A stretch of 64,000 nucleotides of DNA from Octopus bimaculoides (Eukaryota), in NCBI RefSeq assembly GCF_001194135.2, contig NC_068988.1, positions 53,867,123 through 53,931,122 on the forward strand, written 5' to 3'. This document shows, piece after piece, positions 27,012 through 40,057 of the stretch (within the stretch, counting starts at the first letter, position 1; each line of letters starts with the position of its first letter). Both the position numbers and the translations under genes were made by a program. Under the pieces are notes generated by a model. The model worked only from the letters and a program-made list of their open reading frames with translations, was not told the origin of the DNA and searched no databases.

Positions 27012-27291
27012 AAGCAGCAGCAACAACAACAAAAACCACAACAGCAGCAGCAGCAGCAACAACAACAGAATCAGCAGCAGCAACAAAATCAGCAAAAGCA
27101 GCAGCAGCAACAGCAACAACAAAAACAGCAGCAGCAACAGAAGCAGAGGTTTCAACATATGTACCACCACCACCATCATCACCACCATCACCACCACCAT
27201 CAACAGCAGCAGCAGCAACTACAAGATCATTCTAGAATTCAGAACCAATTTGCTCAGTCCACTTCTTCTCCGGGTTCTCGTGAAAATAACG
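26359..27291 (+). CDS. RAR: RAR A/B-domain exon (933 nt; likely start ATG at 26382); Q/H/P/S-rich activation region
   Basis: Acceptor ttctattgataacag ends at 26358 and donor G|gtaagt starts at 27292. The frame is open throughout (ORF 26325..27356). The terminal G joins GA of exon 41572 to give Gly in frame. Confidence 0.85.
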
Positions 27292-27566
27292 GTAAGTTTT
27301 TGTTCAAAGTTCAACTTTTGTTTTGTTTTTTTCTAGGTGTGTGTTTGTGTATCTGAATCCATGTTTATATTTATATGTACATGTGGGCATGAATACATGC
27401 ATGTAGGCACTGGCATGGCTGTGTTGTAAGAACCTTGCTTCCCAACCACATGGTTCTGGGTTCAGTCCCTCTGCATGGCACCTTGAGCAAGTGCCTTCTA
27501 CGATAGCCTTGGCCTGACCAAAGCCTTGTGAGTGCATTTGGTAGATGGAAACTGAATGAAGCCCAT

Positions 27567-27602
<36 letters not shown>

Positions 27603-30469
27603 ATAGAAATAAGTTTCAAAAGAAAAAAGACTACACATGGTATAAATAGGGAAAAGGTAAAAAGAAAACAAAGAATATGCACATTAGATATAAAAAATAA
27701 AGGCTTTTTTTATGAAAAGTAAAGATATATACATACAATTAAATGATTTGAGGTGAAATTATCATCATCATCATCATCATCATCGTTTAACGTCCGCTTT
27801 CCATGCTAGCATGGGTTGGACGATTTGATTGAGGACTGGTGAAACCGGATGGCAACACCAGGCTCCAGTCTGATTTGGCAGAGTTTCTACAGCTGGATGC
27901 CCTTCCTAACGCCAACCACTCAGAGAGTGTAGTGGGTGCTTTTACGTGTCACCCGCACGGAGGTATAAAAGTCATTATTATGAATCATAGAGATTCAAAG
28001 TCATACAGGTATTTTCAGAAGCTGATCACAAAGTTACTGATCAGCTTCTGACAATTTAATTGTATGTATATATCTTTACTTTTCCCCTATATATATATAT
28101 ATATATATATATGTGAGTGTGTCTTTGTGTCTGCATTCCCCACCACCACCATCACTTGACAACTGATGTTGGTGTGTTTATGTCCCCGTAACTTAGTGGT
28201 TTGGCAAAAGAGACCCGATAAAATAAGTCCTGGGGTCGATTTCTTTGACTTTAATACTCTTAAAGGTGGTGCTCCAGCATGTCAATGACTGAAACAAGTG
28301 AAGGAGTATGTATTTGTGCGTGTTGTGTAAGTACATATCTGTGTGCATGTGCATGACTATGTCTACATTTTATATGTGAATGTGTTTTTCTGATTACATG
28401 TATGTATTTATCTGCAAGAATTCATGTGTGTATGCATGAATATTTGTGTATATATTATTGTTATTTGTCAATTTATGTAGTCATGTGTATGTGGCATGTA
28501 TCCTTGTGTGATAATTTATGTAGTTGTAATTGTGTGTGCATAGTATCTGAATTCGTGTATGTGTGTATTTTGTTTATCTAATGAAGAGATCCTGCGCTCA
28601 AAGTTCTTTTAAAGCCTTGTAAATTATAAGGTAAGAACAAGCTGAGTGGGGTTGACGTCGTAAATTTTCAGTTGTTGATTATTGAATGGAAATCTAGAGG
28701 ATCCAAATGTGAAGTGGACTGAATGTAGTTTGGTCTAACAGATGAGATGGAGTAGTAAAAGTATTGTGTGTGATTGAGCTTATTCAGTTTTTTACCATAT
28801 TGCGTTGTGTGATATCCTCTAGAGCAGGGGTTTTCAAACTGTGGTCCGCGGACCACAAGGGGTCCGTGGGCAGCAAATACTTTTTATGGGCAATTTGATT
28901 TTTATATGTTTTTTAATCGAAATCTTTTAATTGACAATAAACCTATTTCTTAAATACTGTTAAATAAATAAATGTAAAAATATATGTTATTTTAAGCAAA
29001 TATTTATGTTTAAATTCCATAAGCGTTTATAAGGAGGTCCCTAAGGTAAAGCCTGAAATATAAAGGGGTCCGCAAGTCAAAAAGTTTGAAAACCCCTGCT
29101 CTAGAGTAGTGGTTCTCAATTTTTTCAATTTNNNNNNNNNNNNNNNNNNNNNNNNNNNNNNNNNNNNNNNNNNNNNNNNNNNNNNNNNNNNNNNNNNNNN
29201 NNNNNNNNNNNNNNNNNNNNNNNNNNNNNNNNNNNNNNNNNNNNNNNNNNNNNNNNNNNNNNNNNNNNNNNNNNNNNNNNNNNNNNNNNNNNNNNNNNNN
29301 NNNNNNNNNNNNNNNNNNNNNNNNNNNNNNNNNNNNNNNNNNNNNNNNNGTGGTTTGGGAGTGGGGAATTGAAATTGAAAACTTTGCTGACAATGGTAAA
29401 ATATAGAAAATTTTGTTGTTATTGAAGCCCTCTTGTCTCCCATATTATGATAGTTGCAATGATCTAAATGCATGCTGTGATTTGGAGAGGTGGAAGTCTT
29501 ATGTGTTAGTAATATCACCGGGTTTCTGAGAATTTGACATAATGGTATTAGTAAGAGCAGTTATAAATATTGGTGATTGCAGTGATTCTTTCGGGCCTAA
29601 GTTAATTTAGGTGTATTGTTTGAGTTTTTAGAGTTCTTTTTTTTTTTTTTTAGTATCTGCTAGAAGGAAAGTGTTAGAATTGTGCTTTTGTTTAGGACTT
29701 ACCCAACTTTTTTTGATCATCAACCCAGTCATGGAATCCTTGATTTTTCATCGATTCTAGGTATCAATAAAAAAAAAAATCAATAATAATAATTTTTTCT
29801 CATTTTGGCACAAGGCCAGAAATTTCGAGGGGAAGGGGAAATTGATTGCACTGATCCTACCCCATCCCCTAGTGTTTAACTGGTACTTATCTTATTGACC
29901 TCCAAAAAAGATGAAAAGCTGAGTCAACTTTGGCAGCATTTGAACTCAGAATGTAAAAAGACAAAAAAGAAAAAAAATGCAGTGTTCTAACAATTCTGCC
30001 AGCCTGTCAGTGTGCTAATAGTAATCCAGCAAATTATGGGTAAAGAGGTTAATTGATTGCATTGACTCCCAGTACTGACTGGTAATGATAATAATGAAAG
30101 AAAATACACATGAATTATATAGCTGATATTCAACATATTAGCATAAATTAGGGTATTTATCCCCACTTAAAAGTGGATGTGTTAGAACAGAGAATACTGC
30201 AGTATTAACCATAAGTGAACTTCTCTTATGAACTTGTGGTGCATATAAGCTTTCTTGTTTATATCATTGCTGCAGGGGTGGGGAAACTTTTTAGTGCAGC
30301 AGGCAAAAATTTATTAAGAAAACGGTCCGGCTGTGTGGTAAGTAGCTTGCTTACCAACCGTGGCACCTTGGGCAAGTGTCTTCTACTATAGCCTCGGGCC
30401 AACCAAAGCCTTGTGAGTGGATTTGGTAGACAGAAACTGAAAGAAGCCCTTCGTATATATGTCTATGTG

Positions 30470-30513
<44 letters not shown>

Positions 30514-31814
30514 TGTGTGTCTTTGTTTGTCCCCCCAACATCGCTTAACAACTGATGCTGGTGTATTTATGTCCCTGTAACTTAGTGGTTCGGCAAAAGA
30601 TACCGATAGAATAAGTACTAGGCTTACAAACAATAAGTCCTGGGGTCGATTTGCTCGACCAAAGGTGGTGCTCCAGCACGGCCGCAGTCAAATGACTGAA
30701 ACAAATAAAAGAATATGGGTGGACCACAAGTTCTAACTCTGTAGATCTTGTATATATCTATGTATAATCTGATATACAGTAATAAAGATTTTAAATTAAC
30801 GCATAACATTTTCATTAACTGAACTTAGGATGTTTATATTACTTATGAGGTTTTCTATATCTTTCAGCTAATGTAGTTGGTTCTCAAGGGGGTAGTACAA
30901 ACCTAGCAAAATTTCCATTCAAATGGCAATTACCAGATAATTTGTGTTCGAGTTGTTACCGTTTTAGCTGTAATGGAAACGCGACCTATGTCACAAATAG
31001 GCATATAAAATTTTGTAATTGAAAAATTTACTATAGTTTGTACATACGAGTATATCAGCCTGTGGGCGAAATAAAATGGGCTTGCAGGCACAATTGCACC
31101 CGTGGGCGGGGGTTTTCCCACCCCTGCACTAGTGGGAGATATGTAAGAGTGCTTATATGCAACACAAGTCGATATGAGAGGTTCTTTTATGGTAACTACT
31201 GCAGTAGTCTGCGTTCTAACACAACATCCACTTTTAAATGGGGATAAATATTACCTTTTGATATCAATACTGCTTCTGTTGCTATTAATTATGAATTAAA
31301 GTACTTTTTTTGTAATTAAATCAACATCATTAACCCTCTTGATATCAGCCTAATTGAGACTTCCTCTCTCTGTGGTACACATTTTTGATTTAAAGTGATC
31401 TAAATTAAAACCATTCATTTTAATTTCATGCAAATTTATGCTCTAAAAACCAGCTTAAATCATAAATTATTTAAAATTTTTCTTTAGTTTGAAAATTAAC
31501 TGGAACAAAGGCAATGAATTATAGTAACAGAAGGTTTAATGAGAAGGATGTGTTACATATGCGTTAGCATGGTCATTGATATTTAATTGGAGTGAATTTT
31601 AGACATAAGTCATAACACTCTTCAAAACACTCTTCCAGTTTGTTTCTCAGTTTTGTTAAAACTATATTTGTGCAGTTAAAGCCAGCTTTAAACATATATG
31701 AACTTGGAAACGTAAGTAAAAATGGTTTAAATGCTGCACTAAGCTTAGGCTATTTGATAACTTCATTTGCATTGTTCAAATAACCACAGAGTTTTACTTT
31801 TTTAATAATGATTT

Positions 31815-31858
<44 letters not shown>

Positions 31859-33061
31859 CTCTCTCTTTCAGGCTTTGTGCCTATAGAATGGGTTATTATT
31901 ATTAAGGCAGTGAGCTGGCAGAATCATTAGCATACTAGACAAAATACTTTACATTCTGAGTTCAAATTTTGCCAGGGTTGACTCTGCTTTCATCTCCTTG
32001 GGGTCAATGAAATAAGTACTAGCTAAGCATGGGGGAAGGGTCAGTGTAACTGCCCCCACCTTAATATCAGGTCTTGTGCCTATATTAGTNNNNNNNNNNN
32101 NNNNNNNNNNNNNNNNNNNNNNNNNNNNNNNNNNNNNNNNNNNNNNNNNNNNNNNNNNNNNNNNNNNNNNNNNNNNNNNNNNNNNNNNNNNNNNNNNNNN
32201 NNNNNNNNNNNNNNNNNNNNNNNNNNNNNNNNNNNNNNNNNNNNNNNNNNNNNNNNNNNNNNNNNNNNNNNNNNNNNNNNNNNNNNNNNNNNNNNNNNNN
32301 NNNNNNNNNNNNNNNNNNNNNNNNNNNNNNNNNNNNNNNNNNNNNNNNNNNNNNNNNNNNNNNNNNNNNNNNNNNNNNNNNNNNNNNNNNNNNNNNNNNN
32401 NNNNNNNNNNNNNNNGAAAGGACTGAACATATATTTTCTTCACTGTACTTTTTTTCTTTGTGGCACTTCCCTCCTTTTCTTTTCTTTATGAAACATTGTT
32501 AGTAGATGTTAAAAAAAAAGGACTACAAAAAGAGAAACAAATTCACTCAAAACTATATCCTCTCCTTATAAAAAAAAAAGACTCTTTCCTATTGTAAGTG
32601 GATTTAAGTAGGATATTTCTCTCTCCTCCCTTTCCTTATTCTCTTACCCTTCTTTTCCTCCTACCCCCATCCATTTTCCCCCCTCATCCTCAACTTCCTC
32701 CCTCCCACGCATCACATTTTTTTTTTTATCTTTCCAATCCTGCAGAAGGACACTGAGAGGGAAGGGAGAAAAGGGAGCTAGATACTTGAATGGAAAGAAA
32801 AGCCTTGTCCCACATCCAGCGCATACATCTTCCCAAACTGCTGACTGTCAGGTCATATTGACTATTGGGTCACTTTCCCTCCCTTTCTAGGTCATCCTAA
32901 CCAGTAGAATGAAGAGTTTACATTCTCCATGAATTTTAGGTCACATTTAAACCAAAATTATTTTCAGCTACAAAATAGCATATTATTAATGATGATGGTG
33001 ATTTAGGACACAAGGCCAGCTATTTGAGGAGAGAGGTTTAGTTGATATCATCTACTCTTCT

Positions 33062-33098
<37 letters not shown>

Positions 33099-36000
33099 CC
33101 TTTCTCCAAGGCCTGAAGTTTTGGGTGAAGGGAATAGTCTATTACATTAATCCCAGTGCTTAACTGGTACTTATTCCATTGGCCCTGAGAGGATAAAAAG
33201 TCAACCTTGGCAGAATCTGAACTCAGAACATAAAGATGGATGAAATGCTGCTTAGCAGCATTTCATCCAACACATCATAGCTGTGTGGTAAGAAGTTCAC
33301 TTCCCAACCACATAGTTTCAAGTTCAGTCCAACTGAATGGCACACTGGGTACATGTCTTCTATAGTCCTGGGCTGACTAAAGCATTGTGATGAGGATTTG
33401 GTAGATGGAAAATGAAAGAAGCCCAGTGTGTGTGTGTGTGTGTGTGTAAAGAGAGAGAGAGAGTGAGTAACATATAGTCATATGTGTGTGTTTGTTTTTT
33501 ATTTGTGTCTGTCTCTCCCACTGCCTGGCATCCAGCATTTGTTTCTTTATGTCCCTGTAACTTATGGCAAAAGTGACAAATAAAAAAGTAGCAAACTTTA
33601 AAAAAATACTCCAGTCAAATTGTTCTACAAGATCCCTTCCTGGTGGTGCTCCAGCATGGCTGCAGCCCAATACTTGAAACAAATAGGAGATAAAAGATTG
33701 TCATCATAGTACTGATCCTTCAGCATTTAAACCTACCATATCCAGCCAAAATATTCTACCTGCTTTATATTCAAACTGACCAGATCTGGCCTCTCAGTCC
33801 TACTCTACAATGTCAATGTAAAAATAAATAATCACATCGTCAAAATCTTGAAGTGGCAAGTTAATGCATGATTAACCCAAAACTGAAAAAAAGAAGCATT
33901 ACATTTGATGGAGTAGTCTTTGCATGAAAGACAAAGTTGACTCAGGCAGAATTTAAACTCAGAATGTAAAGAAATAGAATGAATTTCATTAAGCATTTTA
34001 TCTGATCCTCTATCCATTCCACCCCTTTTCTGCCTCAGTATTTTTCTAATTTAGGTACATCTGTCACACACAACCACATTAAATGTAGGGCAATTTTTTG
34101 ACACATTTAAAAAAGCACATCTTATGAGTATATGCTGGTAAACTGCATTCATCTTTGGGCCTATAAGGACATGATGATTGTGATTTTAAGTATGTATATG
34201 TGTGTGTGTATGTATATATATATATATATATATCATTTATACACACACACATACATACATGGTCTAATCAATAAGTATCCGGACTATTGCCATAGTAACA
34301 AAGCTAAAACATGCAGAGTGAGCCACTTAGCACAGATTGACCTTGGACTCTGCTGTTCTTGTGCACTAAGTTTTAATGTTCTAGCTCACTTCCACTGTGT
34401 ACAGTAGTGCTTGGAAGGAAAGTGTGTAGCATGTGATTGTCGCATTGAATATGGTAGAGAAAGTTGAGCAGAGAATCTGCATTAAATTTTGCCAAAAGTT
34501 TGGCAATACCTGCTCAAAGGCCTACGCAAACTTTTCAAAAAGTTTTCATTGTTCTTGACACAGTCAAGGGGAACCTGAGTATCTTATTGGTCAGCTGAAA
34601 GCACTTTTGGCACAAACTTGGCAGACAAACATCTACATATCTTCTGATAACTCAGAGACGGTGATTCAATGGTTTTCCCTCACAACTGCATGCATATCTG
34701 TGATGTTTTTTCTCAGTTCTGTTGGTTGCAAGTCTCTCAGAATGTTTGTCAATATCAACATTTCTTCAGCCATCTTGGAAATGTGTCTGAACTTGTGTGC
34801 AGATCAGATCATATACTCCTCTCCATACACTTTCTGCCACTTTGCATAGACCTCTGAGCAGATATCGCCACAACAACTTTCTCTGTCATGGTCAATGTGA
34901 CGATCACACCTTCCCTTGAAGCACTGCTGTAAACATCGGAAGTGAGCTGGAATGTTAAAACTTAGTGCACATGCACTGCAGGGTTCAAGGTCAATTTTTG
35001 CTAAGCGGCTTTACCCTGCGTGCTTTAGCTTCGTTACTATGGCAACAGTTTGGATACTTATTGATCAGACCTCATATATATATATATANNNNNNNNNNNN
35101 NNNNNNNNNNNNNNNNNNNNNNNNNNNNNNNNNNNNNNNNNNNNNNNNNNNNNNNNNNNNNNNNNNNNNNATAGGCGCAGGAGTGGCTGTGTGGTAAGTA
35201 GCTTGCTTACCAACCACATGGTTCTGGGTTCAGTCCCACTGCGTGGCACCTTGGGCAAGTGTCTTCTACTATAGTCTCGGGCCGACCAAAACCTTGTGAG
35301 TGGATTTGGTAGACAGAAACTGAAAGAAGCCCGTCGTATATATGTATATATATATATGTGTGTGTGCTTGTGTATCTGTGTTTGTCCCCCCAACATCGCT
35401 TGACAACCGATGCTGGTGTGTTTACGTCCCCGAAACTTAGCGGTTCGGCAAAAGTGACCGATAGAATAAGTACTAGGCTTACAAAGAATAAGTCCTGGGT
35501 TCGATTTGCTCGACTAAAGGCGGTGCTCCAGCATGGCCACAGTCAAATGACTGAAACAAGTAAAAGAGTATATATATTTAGGTTTATATGTATACATACA
35601 TACACTTTATTTAACCATATATAGTCCAACCCATACAAGCATGTAAAACCGACATTAAAAGTGAATGATGATGATAACAGCTTCATTATTTTCCAGTTTT
35701 AGATGTATACATGCATGCTAGATCCATTTCATTTATCAATATTGACTTTTTCCTCATGTTTGTCTGGGCTGGATATGTCCTTCCTACACAATGTCTTTGC
35801 AGTTATTGCAGCTCTTTGTCATCTCCTTTGTGAAGTTTCACTTCTTGAGATTCTCTTCCACTACTTCTTCCTATGCAGCCCTTGATTTTCTTCTGCAACT
35901 TTTTCTAATTGGTTTGCCTGTCATCCTCTATACACATTACGTACTGATACCAGTAGAGTCTTCTCTCTCTTGCACATTATATCTGTTCCTTTTGTACAGT

Positions 36001-37765
36001 TTTTCTCTCAGCTTATATGTGTTCTCATTCATACTTCACTAACATCATACATCCAGCTGAGAACTCTTGCCTTATTTCTTTCCAGCTTTCATTCATCCTT
36101 TGTTTCATAACCATTCAGGTTTACTTTTCACTTGGAGGAAAGACTCCCTTCATTGCTAGTAGTTCTCTAGACATTTTCTATTTGTTTCTCACTCTGGCTA
36201 CCCATTTAGAACATTTATTCCCACTGCAAATTAGGTCACCTTGGAAAAAGAAGCCATCAGCTATCTTTAGAGGGCCTTCAAAGCATTTGAAAGAATTTAT
36301 TTCCTTGACGATCTTCATGCTAACAACTTCAGTGCATGTTACTGTGTCTTTTCCCTATCAGCCTGTGTTCTCTCTCTCTCACACACACACACACAGCTAT
36401 TTCAAATGTTCTTGTTGAGTGCTCTTCTATCACTTGTTTCAGTTGCTAGACTACGGTCATGCTGGGGCTCTGCCTTGAGGAATTCTAGTGAAACAAATTG
36501 ACCTCAGTACGTTTTTTTAAAAAACCTGGTACTTATTACATCTGTTTTGTTTGATGAGCTGCTAAGTTACAGGGACATAAACACACCAATACTAGTTCTC
36601 AAATGGTGTTGAGGGAGAAACGCAGACACAAAGACATGCACATATATATGTGGGTTTCTTTCACTTTCTGTTTACTAAACCCTCTCTAATTATTTATAAT
36701 ATAATATAGGATAAAATCTTTATAAGAATTTATCAAGTAGTCAGCGTGTCAGTGCTGAATATTATTCTGTATAAGCACATGTTACTGAGATGCAACCGGA
36801 TAAATTCTAATCTCTTTCACGGATATATAATGATGAACAGAAGTCATCGTACTATGTTGGGTACATCGTGGTATGTTGATTCTTGTTTATTTTTATGTGT
36901 CTCGACCATACGTGTACTGATGAACAAAACATGCCGCCTACTTCACAGTTTTGCTGTATTGATTGAGAAACCAGTGGTTTGCCGTTAAGTTAAATGTTTT
37001 TAGGAGATTAATTTTGAAAGCTGCATTTCCTCGCTTTCGGTAAATATGTTGCTTATTTTCTGGTAGTTTTTTTACTTATTTAGTCCCTCTAAGCGTGAGG
37101 CATTACTATATAGTTAATGCCCTTATATAAATTATATATATATATATATATATCAAACATAAATAATATTTCCTTTAATCAACATTCTTATAGAATAATG
37201 ACAGTGATTTCTAGTTTTGCACATATTTTGCCAACATTTACACATATAACTGTTTAATTTCAATGAAATTAGATTTACACATTTTAGTGAATGTGTAAAG
37301 ATTCATTTAATTCTCTCTTCATAATAATTTTCTTTAAAACATTTCAATTAAACATTCTCTTCTCTCCACAGTAACCCTCATATCTCTCTCTCTCATGTGT
37401 CTTGTTGAGTAGCTGTTCTATAGTCAACTGTTCCCCCCTCTTCCAATCCTTCTCCATTGCTGGTCAGTCAGCCTTAATCTTGTTGAATTGAGTTTGGTTT
37501 CTTTTCAACTGCAAGATTCTATGGAATTCTCTGGAATTCTTCTTTGCCTCTGTAGCAAAATGAATGAATAACTAAGGAGGATATTTGCAGTTGAAGTTTT
37601 TTGTGGAATAGTTTGATTGATGTGGATCTCTGTCTTTTTCTCTCTCTTGGTTATTCTCTCCCCCATCTTTTCTTCATATCTCATAGCTCACTATCCACAT
37701 CTTCCTATCTCTGTCCCTATCTATTTCTTGTATTCTTTCTCCCTATCTTCCTGTCTCCACTTTTG

Positions 37766-37856
<91 letters not shown>

Positions 37857-38500
37857 GTAGTTTGTGGTTAGAGAGAGGCTGTATTATCTCTGCAAATATT
37901 TCTTTGGTTGATATAATTTCAAAATATTTGTTGTTATTTTCCTCACTCCTTTCTCTCAACTCCTCACACTCTGTCTTAATATTTATGGTTTCTTTAGTGC
38001 TTATGATGTATTTGCAATGTGAATAGATTTTGTTTTATGTCTATGTTGTTTTTGAATTTTATCTAGTCTCTTAGTATATATTTATTTTATACATATATAT
38101 TTCTGTTGTGTATTTTATGTTTATATTTGTATTATGAATTTTGTGTATGTGTATTTTATATGGCTATATTTACATTGTATAGTATTTAATGTTTGTATTT
38201 ATATTTTATGTGTATATATTTATAATTTATTTTGTGTATATTTTTTCTTTTTTGTGCATATATTAGTGTCTGTTTTTTTTTTATATTCAAATATTTGTCT
38301 TCTGTGTTTTTAGTGTCTGTATACATTTGTTTTCCGTATTTTTTTTATGTTGATATATTTGTATTCTAAATTTCTTGAAATATACTTTGGGAAATGAATT
38401 TGACAATGAATCACTGCATCTACCTTCACCCAAAGTTTTCCTCACAGACATCTCTCTCTGTCTCTCTTTCTTTATCTCTCTTTCTTTATCTCTCTTTCTC

Positions 38501-38540
<40 letters not shown>

Positions 38541-38667
38541 CATTAGTTTTTCAAACACACACACACACACACACATATAATGGGATTTCATTCACACATA
38601 TATGGAAGTATTTCACATACACACACAATCCATAAAATTGTTTCATACATGTACCCACAAATGCACG

Positions 38668-38707
<40 letters not shown>

Positions 38708-38766
38708 CACATCACTTTCCATTTATGCTACAAAAAGTGGTACATGAGTGTAATTGAAATGTATGT

Positions 38767-38808
<42 letters not shown>

Positions 38809-40015
38809 TCATACACAAAAAATAATAAACATACATTAGTAGCTTATAAACGTGCACTTACACACTTAAATTTTTATCTCTTCCCCCTTTGCACCTCTCC
38901 CGCTGTGTGGAAAAGAGTTCTGTATTCATAGCATCTCATCCACCACTCCTCTCTCTTAACTGCCTTAACTGATGTCCTAGATTAGGGGAGTAAACTAGGT
39001 CTTTTGTGAGTGAGCATGTGTACGTGCATGTATGATTTAATGTGTGAGAGAGAAAGGGAGAGGGAAAGAGAGAGAGAGGGGTGGAGTTTGAGAGGGCCAC
39101 CCTCCACCCACACCACTTCATATTGCTCAGTTTGTTTCTCTCTTTACCGGCTCTTCTCCCAGAAGTGTGTGTGTGTGTATATATATGTAGGCATACATGT
39201 AAGTGCTACTACTACTACTACTATTGGACCATGCACACACACACACACACACACACATAGATACATAACATTTAGACACACATATTAATACAAGCACATG
39301 CATATATATATATATATGTATATATGTATATGTATATTATATATATATATATATATAATGTTTTGTGTGTGTGGTTAAGTTTTTTGTTTTGTGTGTGTGC
39401 TTTTCTACTATTCAGTAAACACCTATTAAGGGTCGGCTCTTGTTACTACCGACTTAACTACCAACCTACCTCTGGCATTTACAGTGTTAATCAGTGCATT
39501 TGGTCATGAAATAAACCTTTCCACCCACCTCTTCTCACCTACACCACCCCTACAGCTATACACCCTTATTTCTATGTCTTATCTTGAATAAATAAATAAG
39601 TTAAACCTCTTCTCTTTCTCATGTATTTCTCTACATAATCCCTTCTCTTCCCCCTATCTCTCCACTGTTAGATGGAGGTGGAGATCTGCCTGCTCCTTAA
39701 TTTCATTCCTCTCTCACCTTGACCCCCATACACTGTTCCAGATCCCTCCCTTACCTGTTTATTGATAAAAAAAAGGGGAACAGGCTGTACCATCCCACTC
39801 TCCCTCTACTACCACTTATTCAGATATTCTAGAAATTTCATAACCATTAATAATAATCTCTTCTGTATGATACATTGGAACACACACACTCACATCTTTA
39901 CACATACACACAGAGTACCCTATACTTTCACATACTCATTTACAATCACACATGCTATTTGTCTCTTTCAAGTCTTCCCTCCATCACACGTACACATACA
40001 CACACATTCATGTTA

Positions 40016-40057
<42 letters not shown>

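Noticed and set aside
26814-27218. Minus-strand poly-Leu ORF and alternative plus frames over the polyQ exon
   Set aside because: Shadow frames of the CAA/CAG repeat.
27371-27682. Recurrent ORFs with [10 protein letters not shown]...[12 protein letters not shown]
   Set aside because: Antisense translation of SINE-B, repeated at many loci.
37601-38026. ORFs rich in LSLS, RERE, HTHT, YIYI or CVCV
   Set aside because: Translations of (CT), (GA), (CA), (TA) and (TG) microsatellites.
38030-38365. C-poor T/G/A-rich tract (similar tract at 28310-28580)
   Set aside because: Degenerate low-complexity sequence with no specific structure that can be supported.
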